From contig OX597816.1 in the NCBI GenBank assembly GCA_951406725.2, forward strand, positions 83,080,001 to 83,144,000: DNA of 64,000 nucleotides, written 5' to 3'. Positions 12,400 to 26,255 of the stretch are shown in pieces. The notes under the pieces were generated by a model. The model was not told the origin of the DNA, searched no databases, and saw only the letters and a list, made by a program, of their open reading frames with translations. Positions within the stretch are counted from its first letter, which is position 1, and each line of letters begins with the position of its first letter. Source of the DNA: Octopus vulgaris (lineage: Eukaryota). Position numbers and translations under genes: made by a program.

Positions 12400-12882
12400 A
12401 AAGGGCTTAGTAAAATAAATTACTTTGCCGCATACTGAACTCATTAGAAATAGCAGCTAAAAAACTTTTTTAAAGCTATTTCTAATACTTAAAGAAAATC
12501 TCTCTCATATATAGTGTTTGCTTAATTCAACTCACAAAAGTTTGGGGGTAAGGACATTAAAAAATCAAATGCTAAGGTTATATAAGGTTATAAGGTCAAA
12601 TAACCTTAGCATTTGATTTTTTAATGTCCTTACCCCCAAACTTTTGTGAGTTGAATTAAGCAAACACTATATATGAGAGAGATTTTCTTTAAGTATTAGA
12701 AATAGCTTTAAAAAAGTTTTTTAGCTGCTATTTCTAATGAGTTCAGTATGCGGCAAAGTAATTTATTTTACTAAGCCCTTTTATATAATGTAATAATTTG
12801 AATTCGCCTTAAATGGTCCCTTTGCATACTGAACACTTGGTGAAATTGATTAATAATTAATTAATTTTACCCTCAATTGTTG

Positions 12883-12887
<5 letters not shown>
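12392..12887. repeat. 190-bp-arm perfect inverted repeat plus unpaired tail in (TA)n
   Basis: Arms 12392-12581 and 12600-12789, no mismatch found by eye; tail 12790-12887. Confidence 0.93.
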
Positions 12888-12956
<69 letters not shown>

Positions 12957-13019
12957 TGCATGTATGTATGTATGTATGCATGTATGTATATATATCTATA
13001 TCTATCTATCTATCTATAT

Positions 13020-15985
13020 ATATATATTGAACAACAATATTTTTCTGCATGATACAAAATATTGTACAGCAGCTGACCTGGTTACAAACACAAGCTTGGA
13101 ACACACCCACCATCACACAAGGCTACCATCGACAACAGATACAGGATGGTCACCACCAGCACCAACAGAGACGTCACAAAAATATTTCTACTAAATATAG
13201 GAAGGCTGCTGCCGGCAACTGTAAATCAAAAGTCTCGTTCCTGAGAGACCTTGCTGCAAGCAATCAAGCTTTATGCATAGCACTTGTGGAAACGCACCAT
13301 ATACCTGATGTAGGGGATGCAGAAATACACTTACCATACTATGTTTCCATACGCTCAGATAAAAAAGAAAGGAGCCATGGTTGAGTGCTATATTCATTCG
13401 AGAGGACTTCATGCCCCAGGTCCTACTGTCGTATTCAAATTCAGTGTGTGACACTCAAATGGTACACATACGACAACTTAATATTGTCATATGTACTACA
13501 TATCGCCCACTGGCTTCAAATCATACAAGTAAGTTTGAAGAATGTCTAACAAAGATAGTTCTCACCAAACTGGAACAATACATCAGTGTATTCCTTTTGG
13601 GTGTGTTTAACTTCCCCATTGTGGGATGGTCTGGGGACCAGATGCTCTCAGGAATGACACCACCAGCAAGCACAGACGGAGTCCCTGCTGCACCTTACCA
13701 ATGCTTCTTTCATGGAGCAAATTGTGCTGCAACCAGTCAGGGCAAATAGTACACTGGCTCTCTGCTTCACAAACAATATGGACATTATCCATAATGTTAA
13801 TGTGACACAGACGCTGGTATTGGGTCACAACATAATAGAGCTGTCTATGTATGGACTAAAAGCACCTACGGACGTACAGTTTATACGAAGCACCTAAAAT
13901 ATCTTCAAGCTAAATTTTCATAATGCAAAATTGACATAAAGCAAAATGTTGATTGTGAAAGAGATCCTAAAACAGGATTTGCCTAAATGTCTTTCCACAC
14001 CAGACATTGTCACGAAACAAACATTTCATGTCCATAATGCAAGCCATCTCTCTCTATATAAACGGCAGTTTGTCTGTGCGTGTTTCTGTGTGTCTGTTTT
14101 CTCGTACCCTCACTCTGACCACGGCTTTCAACCGATTCTGATGAAACTTGACACACACATAGCCCAATGTCATAATTCAAAACTAACGCAGCGAAAATTT
14201 TGAAAAGTTCCCCCAGTTCTGAAAAAAATCGATAAATTCGACATGGGGTCGAGAATTAGAAACCCAAACCACAGACCGTCTAGGGGACGCAACTCTACCT
14301 TTTTTAACTCTCAAAAAAAATTTACCATCATTTGTTTTCCATTTTTTTGCTATTTTTTGGCTATAACTCTCTAAAAATGCTTTATAGTTATTTCCCTTAC
14401 AAACCTGAGCAACGCCGGGCGATACTGCTAGTATGTGATAAATCTATCCCACTGTGCAGAGCCAACACACACAGAAACAGGATCCCTAGGCAAAGAAAGA
14501 CTCTTATGAGACGACGAACAAAGATTGTGAACCACCTGAGCAAGTACTCCAAAAGCGGTGAGAAGTCTCGCCTGGAGAGAGCGCTATTGGAGATTGAGAA
14601 AACTTCGCATCAATCTCACGAAAAGGAGAGAGCAGATAAAGAAGCTTGGGTGATAGAAAATATCAAGTCGAACCTTAAAGCTTTCTTTAACTTTGCCAAA
14701 GAGACAGGCTCTGTGCGCCATAAGAGAGAACCTTTCTTCCAAAAAGATGGCTCCCTCACAGGAAGCCCAATGACGATAAGTGAAATACTGAACGAACAGT
14801 TCCAAAGTGTGTTTACTACACCTCTGGAACACGGGCAAGTGAATAAACCAGCAGAATTCTTTGCCACTTTACCTATGACCAACGAAGCGAAAATTGATAA
14901 CATCAACGTTGAAGAAGATGTAACACTAGCCATAGATGAGGTTGGCACACACTCAGCTGCTGGCCCTGATGGATTCCTAACAGTCCACAAATCGTGCAAA
15001 AAAGCCCTTGCAAAACCACTGCAGCCTCTTTTTCAGAGCTTTCTTGCAAGTGGTAAGCTTCCAGGCAAAGTGAAGGAATAAGCCCTATTCATAATAGCGG
15101 AAGCAGAGCACATGTTAAAAATTATAGGCCTATCTTTCTGACCTCACACATCAGCAAAGTCATGGAACGAATAATCCGCAAGAAACTAATCGCGTTCCTT
15201 GAAGAAAATGAATTGGTGACTGATACCCAACATGGATTTAGACCAAGTAGAAGCTGCCAAATACAGCTCTTGCGACACAACAACTTGGTGTTAAAACAGC
15301 TGCTAAATGACTCAAGTGTGGATGTGATATATCTCAACTTTGCAAAAGCCTTTGAAAAAGTCGACCATGGTATGATATGTCACAAACTTGCGTGATCTCG
15401 GCATAGTCGGAAAACTTGGAGAGTGGCAGCTCGACTTTCTAAAAGATTGACGTCAGGTAGTGGTTGCCAATGGAGCCACCCCCAAGGAAACACACATAGT
15501 AAGTGGTGTTCCACAGGCACTATCATAGAGACACAGCTATTCATAGTGGATCTCTAAGGCATACCTTCAGCTTCTCAGATGGTCACCCTTGCTAGCTATG
15601 CAAATGACACAAAAGTCTTTCAGACTATACAAAATCGTAGAAATATTGCACATCTGCAACGGGAGTTGGACGCGATATACAGGTGGGCTGAGGACAACAA
15701 CATGCAGCTAAATACAGGAAAATTCCAAGCCCTGCGCTACCAGCACACAAAGCTGAACGACATGCAAACAAGAACTGCAATCCCCGAATCAAAATCAGTA
15801 CGTGACTTGGGTATTGACATGAGCAATGATGCATCGTTCCAAGTGCATATTACCACTTTGGTAATAAAATGCAAGCAGCCAGCTGGATGGATCCTCCGAA
15901 CTTTCAAAACATGAGAAAAGGAGACAACGATGATCCTTAGGAGGACATAGGTCCTCAGCCGCTTGGACTACTGCTTCCAACTAAT
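13020..15985 (+). mobile_element. CR1/L2-group LINE ORF2 (APE endonuclease + RT), decayed, 3'-truncated
   Basis: APE motifs LVETH, RSDK..R..G, TYRP, LLGVFNFP, PVR.NSTL.L; RT motifs AAGPDG, YRPIFLTS, QHGFRPSRSC, YLNFAKAFEKVDH, SGVPQ, YAND, VRDLG, RLDYC; many stops and frameshifts. Confidence 0.92.
14047..14431 (+). mobile_element. Non-autonomous Helitron nested in the LINE
   Basis: 5' TC, 3' CCTGAGCAACGCCGGG hairpin followed by CTAG, inserted between A and T with no TSD; removal restores LINE frame MQAICDKSIPL. Confidence 0.88.
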
Positions 15986-16589
15986 TTTACTTCAACATGT
16001 GATAGAATTTATCTCCCTTCATAAACGTGGTAAGCTTGGCTTTTTTTTTGCTCAAATTTGCTGGTCTTGTGCCAAAATAAGAAGTGATTAGTAGTAATCA
16101 GGATATGCGAATCTACTCTGGTAATAACTTGCTGTTTGGATGTTCTACTTCTTATTGCCATTATGTTGTGCCATTGCTTGTTACACGATATAGGAGAAAG
16201 TGGTTCTCAAAATGGAAGATGGGCACAAAATACAACACGGGGTGAATCCTTAGGAGACTGCCCTTTATGCTAACCTCCTTACACATCATCCCTGAGCTAC
16301 TTACACAACTTTTAATATTTGTTAGCAGCGAACTATAAAACATTCCTCTATAAGACACGGAAGTCCTACAAAAATCAAGGTTGTTGTTCTTTGTCTTCTG
16401 ACTGAGCCATAATAATAACACTGTGTAATATGTTTTTTTTGTCCATGGGTAGCATTGTTATTTCTTATTTGCTTACCCCTAGAAAGTATGAAAAATGGCT
16501 AATATTTCCTTCAAACTGCTTTTGTTATATTTATTCAGCACATAGCTATGACGCTCTCCAACTACTCTTGCTCATGTTCAGCGATGCTA

Positions 16590-16668
16590 CACTAAGGGAC
16601 ATGCTGAAACGGTTATGGTCAAGCAACTGACAAGCAAATCTGTGGTATTGAGCAGAATATTTGCTATT
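16590..16668 (-). mobile_element. Fragment of the (AAT)n-associated element at 32075
   Basis: Reverse complement of about 32135-32212. Confidence 0.8.
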
Positions 16669-18983
16669 ACGATATCTCTGCTTCAGGAAGTCTGCGCTGA
16701 ATATGTCTTAGATGTAACGGGAAATATGTCAGTTTCAAAACATTGACATCCAGGTCACAAAAGTCAAGTTTGAAGGGAATAGTAGTCATTTCCTTTGATT
16801 TATAGAATAGAAATAAATAAGAAATAACACTTATTGACCAAAGACAAAAAAAACCCCATTAAAATTGTTATTTGACAGTGTAATCTAAGTTTTGTGTTTC
16901 GGGGGTTCGAATTCTGTTAATGTCAATTTAGCTTTTTCTCTCTTCTGAAACATCAAAATAAGCAGATGCCATATCATGGAGTTAATCAACTACAACTTAT
17001 GGTATGAGAATTTCAGTCTCACGGCTATACAAAAGTGATAAGCTCCCGACGAACTGAATGTGCGTCGCAGGTTCATTGTGCGCATGTACCTATATCAAAT
17101 TCAACAATCCTTTGTATGTGCAATTACTGACCTTATTTAGTTGTCCTTGGTAACGTCCTAAGAATTTTTCTATGCTGACGATAACCCACACAACGATATC
17201 AAGGAATAAGGGATACATGAATTTTTTTTCTTGGTGCTTTATATATTGCTACTATCTGTATTATACTCTGAACTGACACTGTCAAAAATGATACATTATT
17301 ATGTGTTTTACACGAGTTTATTTTCGCACTTTGAAGATCTATCACATATCGTTTGCTGGTTGTTATTGTTGCTGTTTGTGGTCTAAACACAATTCAATCA
17401 TAATTCGACCATAAGCAGCAGCTAAAACAAAAAATACAGAAAATAAATGTTGCGACATGAATTTCTTTTGGAGGTGTTTAATGCTTCTGACTGGCAATAT
17501 CATTTGTCTGTTATAGAAGATATAAATAAAACTATGAGGTTTAGCAGCAGCTAAAAAAGACTCGTGGGAGTACATCGAATAGGAAGTAACAAAAGCTCAC
17601 TCTATGAATGGAAAACTGTGACGGCGTCTTCCAAATTTCTTGGTTCCAGCCATTTCAGGAATAGATGTTAGTCATCTCTCAGCGTTTGAGTAAATGCTTA
17701 CCTGTAAGATAGCTTCGTCGATATTTCGAGTTTTTAAACTCATCACCAATACTTATTCTCGAACATTACTGTTGGTTTGTCTTGTAGAGGGATAATATCT
17801 CACGGTGTACAAAAGAATTAGTCCTCCATGCTTAGATGAACATCATTGACCAAAACATATCGGACATAGGGTAACACTAAAATAAAATAAAGACAATAAT
17901 AGCAACAACACCAACAATAACATGAACGTAGAACAACAGACAAGTAAACAATAAATATGTATAAATATATAAAGGTATTCCTATTATTTCAGATACACAT
18001 CTGGAATTAATCTTCGTGCTTTCTACTGTTACAAATGAAAGAAAAGAAAAAGAGAGAGAAAAAATAGAGGCAAAACATTCCTTGCAAACAAACAGAAAAA
18101 ACAGGCTAAAATGAAAGGGAACATGTGAGAAAACATGAGTTTAAATAGTAAAATTCATGCAAGCATGAATAGTTCAAAACAAAACTATGAACAACAAAAA
18201 TATACTGTATAAATGTCTTCGGTGCTAACTGCCAATAAAATATTACTTTCTTCCGGAAAGAAAGAAACATTTGTATCTCTTACTCTGTGTGTGTTTAAGC
18301 TTTTTCTGCTGGAGATTTCGAGGAAAGTTTTAAGTGAAACGATTTAGGCAGAGTAACATCGGATTATATTCAAATCATTTCATGTAAAGTCAGACAATGC
18401 AGTTTGCCTTATTAACCAAATTTGTTTCACAGTGAAAGAAATCTCGGTGATTGAGAGAGATAGAGTGAGAGGGAGAGAGAGGGAGGGAAGAATGAGAGAG
18501 GAGATAGAGGGGGAGGAGATACAGACACAAAGAGAAAGAGACTTAAAAAAAAAAAGAAAAAACAGAAATCCCAGAGAAACCTGGATAAGTTTGTTACGCT
18601 TTTTCGCATTCCCCACTCAAATGTTTCAGGGTCTTGGAAGTTCGCTTAATTGGTAGATTTACTTCTCTTATTTAAAAAAAAATTATTTGATGTGCGGGTA
18701 TATATATATATGTATGTGTGCGTCTGTGTGTGTATGTGTGTGCGCGTCTGTCTGTGTGTAAGTGTGTGTCTAAGTGTGTGCGTGTGTGTGTTTGTGCGCA
18801 TAAAATGCCAACTTCAGGTGACGCCTATGTTTCTCACACCATTTTCACTTCATTTCACTCAAAACTTTCTTGTTTAAATATATATACACACGCAAATACA
18901 CACACGCGCACATACACACACACACTTACGCATTATATATATAATGGTACATATACGTAAATATATGCAGATATGTGTGTATG

Positions 18984-19024
<41 letters not shown>

Positions 19025-19379
19025 GGACCAGCAGGGCTTACACACCACCTTACAGACCATTTCTACCCTATTGACACGATTCAGAAACAAAGCAAGGAAA
19101 ATTTTCCACTGCAAATATGAGTTGGAGGCTCAGGAATGTGGGAACGCCATGATCTCAAGTTCAAGTAAAAAATCCACAAAATGTCCGATGCCATTCCATG
19201 CACATCTTGTTTTATATCAGAGCGACCTTCTCCTAGAGACATGCTTAAACAAAACCTGAGGGGTGCTTCACTCTCAGTGGTCTTCTAGCACTCCGAACAA
19301 CAACCCGGAATTTCTGAGGGTCTGAGCCATTGCTAGATAGTCGAACACAGACACACAGATCTGCACGCACACACACACA

Positions 19380-19452
<73 letters not shown>

Positions 19453-19493
19453 TTACACACACTTACACACACACACACATATGTATAGGATCT

Positions 19494-19857
19494 GTGGAGG
19501 TGCAATGGCCCAGTGATTAGGGCAGCAGACTCGCGGTCGTAACATCGCGGTTTCGATTCCCGGACCGGGAAAATACCTAAAGCTCCACGGGGCTCTGACA
19601 GAGGGTGGTGGTGGCGAGTCCTGCTGTTCCCTTTCACCACAACTTTCTCTTACTCTTACTTCCTGTTTCTGTTGCACCTGTATTTCAAAGGACCAGCCTT
19701 GTCACACTCTGTGTCACGCTGAATCTCCCCGAGAACTGCGTTAAGGGTACACGTGTCTGTGGTGTGCTCAACCGCTTGCACATTAATTTCACGAACAGGC
19801 TGTTCCGTTGATCGGATCATATGGAACCCTCGTATTCGTAACTGACAGAGTGCCACG
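19494..19857 (+). mobile_element. tRNA-derived SINE (family C head, alternative tail)
   Basis: Head and body as 4978; 3' part (CCAGCCTTG...CTGTTCCGTTGATC) as 49200-49376. Confidence 0.82.
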
Positions 19858-20589
19858 TATGTATGGAATCTAGTTAGACTGATTTACAAAATCTGCATCT
19901 TTTAAAAGGAAGTAAAAAATCTGAATATCGGCTATATTAATGTAGTTTTCCACTATTATTGCTATGAAGGCATGATGAGGTGGAGAAAAAATTGCAGGAA
20001 AAAGTTACAGAGGTTTAAAAATCGAAAAAAACCCTGAATTTTTAGCCAATAGCGAGACAGAAATTTTATGCGTTTAGCGGTGTCAACTTTAAGGTTGTAC
20101 CTTGTGAAATTTATAGTTTAGCCTCTGTGAAATGACCTGTTCATTGTAGGTTTCTAAATAAACAGAAATACCTAATAAAATCAACATATATCATCTTACT
20201 GTTTCTTTTGTCTCCTCATTGATTTCTATTGTGCTTTGTATGTTTTTATTATTTAAAAGAAAATTGTTACCTACTACATATGTGGGAAATTCTGTCTATG
20301 TGTGAGTTTGTGGAGTTGTTAACTAACCTCTCCTACATCGTTTTATCGATTTTGATGAAACTTAATACGTGAGTACAACTCATGTCTGAAAATCTCATGG
20401 CATACTCAGATTGTTGTAAAAGTCGATAATAGGGCCCCTGGAAGGGATCATTATATATATCTAATATATTTTATTTCAAAATCAAAGGGAAATAACCCAT
20501 TTGCCCCTGGAAGTGATCCTTATATATAGCTAAAGTAAATAACCCATTCATTTTCCTAAATTATTTGGTAAAAATGAAATTGAGTATAC

Positions 20590-20690
20590 TATTAGATCAA
20601 ACTATCTTTGGGAATCTACCATACAAAGCCTTCTCCTGCCAGTCAGATAATTTCTGTTTTTTTTTCTGGTTTTTAAGTTCACTTGGAAGG
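20590..20690 (-). mobile_element. R4/Dong-like LINE fragment joined to (AAT)n
   Basis: LSDWQEKALYGRF resembles the W..K.LHG.F motif preceding the CCHC finger; its 5' junction is an (AAT)n run (20691-20777). Confidence 0.5.
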
Positions 20691-20778
<88 letters not shown>

Positions 20779-20899
20779 TTTTCTTTTTTATTTTCATTAT
20801 ATTTATTTTTATTATTTTGTTTTGTGATAGTTTGATTTATGTTTATATTTTTATTTTTGTTATAGCATCTTATATCCAAGAACTTTTTAATTCGATTTG

Positions 20900-21510
20900 A
20901 TTATCTGTCTTTTCTATTATCTTCTTTTTGCTTCTTGTCTATTTTACGAACCACTTTTCCTTCAATATCTCTATCTCTATGTTTGCTAATATCATATTTT
21001 TAAATGCTCATTTGGAATATTGCTTTCGTTTTCGGAATCTATGTTTGGTCTGTAGAATTTTAATTTTTGTTTGCATCCTATCCTACTGAGTGCTATGTTA
21101 TAGTAATCTTCATTTTGTGTAAATGTCTCCTCGTCGGCTGAGAGATTTGCAATTCGTCTTGAAATATTTTCTACTAATTTTTCTGTGTTGCTTCCTGGAT
21201 GTCAATCATTTTTATCTATGTGTTTTAAATTAGCATTTGGTTTGTGGTAGGGTTTATATTTACCTACTTTTAGATCTAAGAAGTTTACGGAGTTGGGCCC
21301 TTTTTCAATTGTAATAAATATAGCTCTATATTCCTAAAGAATCTAAAGAATCTCTTCGTATATGTCTCTATTTGTCTACTAGACTGGTCATCCAAGGCGA
21401 AAAGTGCATGATCCCTATATAGACCACCCCCTATTTCTGAAAATTCTCTACTTAAGGTAAACAGTTCATATATGCCCAACAAATCCGTAACTTCCATATT
21501 GGTAAGTGCA
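20900..21510 (-). mobile_element. Penelope-like element RT fragment (Naiad-type)
   Basis: EVTDLLGIY, GLYRDHAL (YRDD), LDLKVGKYKPYHKPN, ISRRIANLSADEETF...YN.AL. Confidence 0.8.
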
Positions 21511-22274
21511 TATTGGTACCCGCTTGGATTATATATCCCCATTAACCAAAAAGTTTGTATGTTGCAAGATCAAGGATGTTACAAGATCAAGGTTTCAATT
21601 CTCAAACCGGACGATGCATTGTATTCTTGCGGAAAGCACTTTACTCACATTGCTACAGTCCACTTAGCTGGAAAGGAGGAAATCTGCGAGTGGTGTCTCG
21701 TTCAGGAGTAACGTTGTAATCGCTTATGCGCCTCGGAAACTGGGTGACTGGCTCTATGTGTCTTGGGAATCGACACAACAATTTAACGGGATATACAGAT
21801 TTTGGGCGACTCACTGTCGGCAAAATAAAATGGAACGAATCATTTGAAAGAGTCATAACATTCTCCAGGAGGACTGATGTTAGTCATAGGTGAAGCGCAT
21901 AACGTGTGTGTTTCTGTGTATATATAGATGTCATTCTTGTAAAAACAAAATGCAGATGAAATTTGTACAGAAAACTACATTTTCAAGACTGTTGTATAAA
22001 TGCGCAATAAATTACACTTGTATTTCTTTATAAACTAGAAGTCATGGGAAAATTGTGACACTAACGTGTTTCTGAATTCATGTAACCAGCATTTCAAAAT
22101 TCAAATTCTTTTTTAATTTTGGGTACGAATTTTTTCTTTTGTGAAGTGCCAAGTTTTTAAAATATATAAAAAAACAAATAAAAGCATTTTTAACGAAATT
22201 GCATTTCATGAAATGTTTCGTTTTATTTTTAAAGGATTTAAAAAGGATTTTAAATCATTATTCTTGCTTCTTTT

Positions 22275-22755
22275 CCCTTGGTCTTTTACTTGCTTTAACC
22301 ACTGCTCGTTAAGTATGCCGGGGCACCGTCTTGACGGGTTTAGTCGAACAAAAGGCCCTCAGTACTTATTTTATTTCGCCGGGAACTTTTCTCACCGTTT
22401 TCTGCTAAAACCGCTAGATTATGTAGATATAAAGAAACCAACACCGGTTGTCAAGCGGTTGAGGGACATGCACAAATAAAATGACAAACGCACATACACG
22501 CACACACACACACATAATACATATATAAATGTGTATATATATATATATTCTTTTACTTGTTTCACTCATTTAATTGTAGCCATGTTGCAGCCCTCCCCTA
22601 GAGGGTTTTAGTTGAACAAATCGATCCCAGAACTTATTTCTTTAGCCTAATACTCATTCCTTCGGTATCTTTGCCGAACCGCTAAGTTAAGGGGACATAA
22701 ACGCTCCAACACCAGTTGTCAAGTAGTGATGGGATGACAAACATAGGCACAAAGA

Positions 22756-22793
<38 letters not shown>

Positions 22794-23598
22794 TGTATGT
22801 ATGTGTGACGGATTCTCTCGTCGTGAACGGCAAATGAGGGTTCAATAAAATAAAGCAATAATCATGATCGATGGACATGAATATGTAACTTGAAGCCTGC
22901 TGGTGCCTTGCAAACCTTTTGGCTAATGGAACAAGTTGAGGACTCAGTTTGCTTGAGTACTGGTGGATCAACCATTGTGTTTTCTTTAGTGGACGGCAAG
23001 GCCTGCTTTGCTTCGTGACACAAAGCCATAATGACAGGTAAGGTTTCCCGATGGTGGATTCGACTTTGCTCAGATCTTTGACTTGAAGAGAAGCAGGAGT
23101 GGCACCAGATCCTTTGTTCTGATGCTTTGTTTTCATAGTAAGAAAAGGGTATGTTGCATCGCTTCATATTGTCTTTTAGTTTGTCTTTGAAGTGCAAGAG
23201 CGGTCTTCTAACTCGCCTTCCTGTTGAGAAATAGCCAAAGAGTTGCTTCGAAATCCTGATATCACTCATACATGAGAGACGACCTGACCATCTAAGTTTT
23301 ATTTTGATGAGGATGGCTTGAATATCTGATACGTTGCATTTTGTTAGTACCTCAGCTGTTATGAATATGGTCACTCTGTTTAACGTTGGGGATAGTACGC
23401 AGATATTGCATATAAAAAAAAGTCAAGCTGATTGATGTGCTTTCGGTACAGTGTCTATATATACACGCGACGGGCTTCGTTCAGTTTCCGTCTACCAACT
23501 CCACTCACAAGGCTTTGGTCGACCCGAGTTTATAGTAAAAGACACTTGCCATGTGGTTGGGAAGCAAGGTTCTTACCGCGCAGCCACGCCTGCGCCTA
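22275..23598 (-). mobile_element. SINE family A pieces: extra tail 22275-22500, tail 22547-22790, head 23465-23598 (split by RTE)
   Basis: Reverse-complement matches to 9788-10181. Confidence 0.8.
22806..23455 (-). mobile_element. RTE-clade LINE 3' end
   Basis: EVL......I......LRWSGRL.CM.D.RISKQLF, GRR..RP...FKD.LK.NMK, terminal C..VC....G..LH..VH, then a short 3' UTR. Confidence 0.85.
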
Positions 23599-23676
23599 CA
23601 TATAATTTTTAAAATCTTTAAATTGTTTCAGCTTCAAAGCTGCGGTCATGCTGGGGCACCACCGTTGACTGAGCTA

Positions 23677-23878
23677 CACCAATATTTGAAACTTCCTCTG
23701 ATATGTGGCATTTGGTTAACGAGAGAGTTTGATGCCGCTGCCCTCATCTGTGTTTCCTGCCATGAGGTAGGTTCATCTTGAACCCTTGACAGGAGTACAC
23801 CAATATTTGAAACTTCCTCTGATATGTGGCATTTGGTTAACGAGAGAGTTTGATGCCGCTGCCCTCATCTGTGTTTCT
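23677..23878. repeat. About 80-bp direct duplication (period about 121)
   Basis: CACCAATATTTGAAACTTCC...CATCTGTGTTTC at 23677 and 23798. Confidence 0.9.
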
Positions 23879-24135
23879 GATGGAGATGCTGGCATCTTTG
23901 GCACTATGCAGTGGCGCCCCCTTCTGTTGTTTGTGTAGCTTTCAATGCCACAGTTTGGTACATGGCCTTCCAGGATTTTCCAGATGTATATCACTGCATA
24001 TGTTTTCCGACTTCATTCTAGGGAGAAGCGTTTTAATTCTTTCAGTCTTTCCCAGTAGCTGATACGGTGCATTAAGATGATTTTCTTTGTTTAGCTTCGA
24101 TGGATTGCTTCGAGTTCCGCCGTTAATTTTAAATA
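23860..24135 (-). mobile_element. CR1/L2-group LINE ORF2 C-terminus
   Basis: ELEAIHR..TKK...ISYWERLKELK..SLE...IYIWKILEGHVPN..I....N.RRGR.C. Confidence 0.85.
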
Positions 24136-24966
24136 CTTTGTTTTCTGATTTGGAGCATAGACAAATAAGTCTTGCAAACTCTGGAAAAAAACCCCAACAA
24201 AGTTAACCATGAGAAAAGCAAGGCTCAATTAAGTGCAAGCCAGTAGGTTTCAAAGTCTGACCTTGAGCTTTATTAATAGAATTTGTGAAGCACTGGGAAT
24301 TATTTTCATTTGCACTCAAATGGCATGTCTGTTGGTTTTATTGGAACTCTTGGAATGAAAACCTCTTCCCCAGAGGCACATCTAGTGATCAACCACATTA
24401 GATCTACCACATTAGGCGATAATGTCTTCACGATCAACCTTGTCCCATTGCATAATTTAGGAGGATCTAAATTTCTTAGAAGCATTATTAGGAATCATAC
24501 CTTCAGAAAAAGTTTATGTGGAGGAGTTCCAGGTGGCTCAAGAGAATTAAGGAACTCTGTTGTGTAACGGGTAGCTTGATTTTCATCTAGGACTAAATCA
24601 ACTGATTTGTACTCCTTAATGACTGCTGGGATCTTATTCATTAATTCATGGTTAATCCTTGCTACTGTCTCATTTCTTGGAGCAAGAATTACACGTTCGC
24701 TCAACCATTTATGTGAATTATGAGGATTAAATGAAAAAATGAGTTACGTGAATATCTTCACAAGAGTGATTGAAATAAATGGCGATTGTGGAACGCCGCA
24801 CTCACGCACACACAGACACACAGACACACAGACACACAGACACACACACAGACACACACACACACACACACACACATTTATGTGAATTATGAGATTAAAT
24901 GAAAATGACACACAAGAGTGATTGAAATAAATGGCGATTGTGGAACGCCGCACTCACGCACACACA

Positions 24967-25018
<52 letters not shown>

Positions 25019-25053
25019 CAAACATCAGATGAAATGGACGTATGTGTGTGAAA

Positions 25054-25123
<70 letters not shown>

Positions 25124-25687
25124 AGGGGTATGTTGTCACGTGTACGTACATACATAAATATTCATATATTTTTTTTGTATGTATGTTAGCGCGCGTGTGT
25201 GTGTTAGAGAGAGAGAGAGAGTTAGTGCCGCTTAGACCTCACTCTTCTCTGTCTCACAACACACACGTGCGCACACACATACATACAAAAAGATGTATGT
25301 ATATGTATTTATGTATGTACGCATACATAAAAACATACTCACACACAAACACACACGCACATACATAAATGCATACAAACGTACATACAAAAACACACGA
25401 GCGCGTGTGTGACTGACTACAAATACATAGAGCTGAACACAGCGCGCAAAAAGTAAATAAATAAACTTTTTATGGAAATTAACGAAATATGCGGTTCAAG
25501 CGAAATTTGTGAACTTAGTAAATATTTCGTTTAGTAATTTTTCGTTGTTGTTTGCAAATAGGGAATTAAAACTTGAAATGAAACATAAAAATACAGAGTG
25601 AGGGGTTTCGTAAATGAAAACGGAAAACTTCGCCGTTGCTACGTCAATACTGGAAGTTGACGTTGAGAAACCTTTCTAAAGAAGTGA

Positions 25688-25742
<55 letters not shown>

Positions 25743-25988
25743 ATATTATTTATTTTTAATAAGAAAATAAAATGAAGACCCTATTATGTGTCCGAGGTCA
25801 AACTATTCATGCATTCCGAGTATGGAAGGAATTTGCGCAGCCGTTTTCGCATCAAAAGCGAATACACACACACACGCATGGATGCACACACACACACACA
25901 CACGCACGCATGCACACACACACGCCTGCACACACGCACACACACACACGCATGCACATACACACACAGAGGTCTATTTTATATAAGA
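24135..25988 (-). mobile_element. Internally deleted Helitron with Pif1-helicase C-terminal fragment
   Basis: 24170-24707 encodes ERVILAPRN, EFLNSLEPPGTPPHKL, MLLRNLDPPKLCNGTRL, FIPRVP, SINKAQGQTL, FSHG. The 5' end TCTTATATAAAATAGAC is at 25988; the non-coding 5' part is homologous to 33456-34330. Confidence 0.87.
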
Positions 25989-25994
25989 TATATT

Positions 25995-26025
<31 letters not shown>

Positions 26026-26202
26026 ACATATGTATATGTATGTATATATACTACATTTTAAAATATATTGAGTAGTTCATTGGCTAGTGACCGTCTTGAT
26101 CCTTCGGTTAAGGTATCTAAATAGATAGAGAAACACACACACACACATATACAGATGCACCCATACATATGTATATGGTTATATACATATACATATATAT
26201 AC

Positions 26203-26254
<52 letters not shown>

Positions 26255-26255
<1 letters not shown>

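Noticed and set aside
14332-15081. Longest ORF (249 aa) as a functional gene
   Set aside because: Chance fusion of a Helitron 3' end with a fragment of decayed LINE ORF2.
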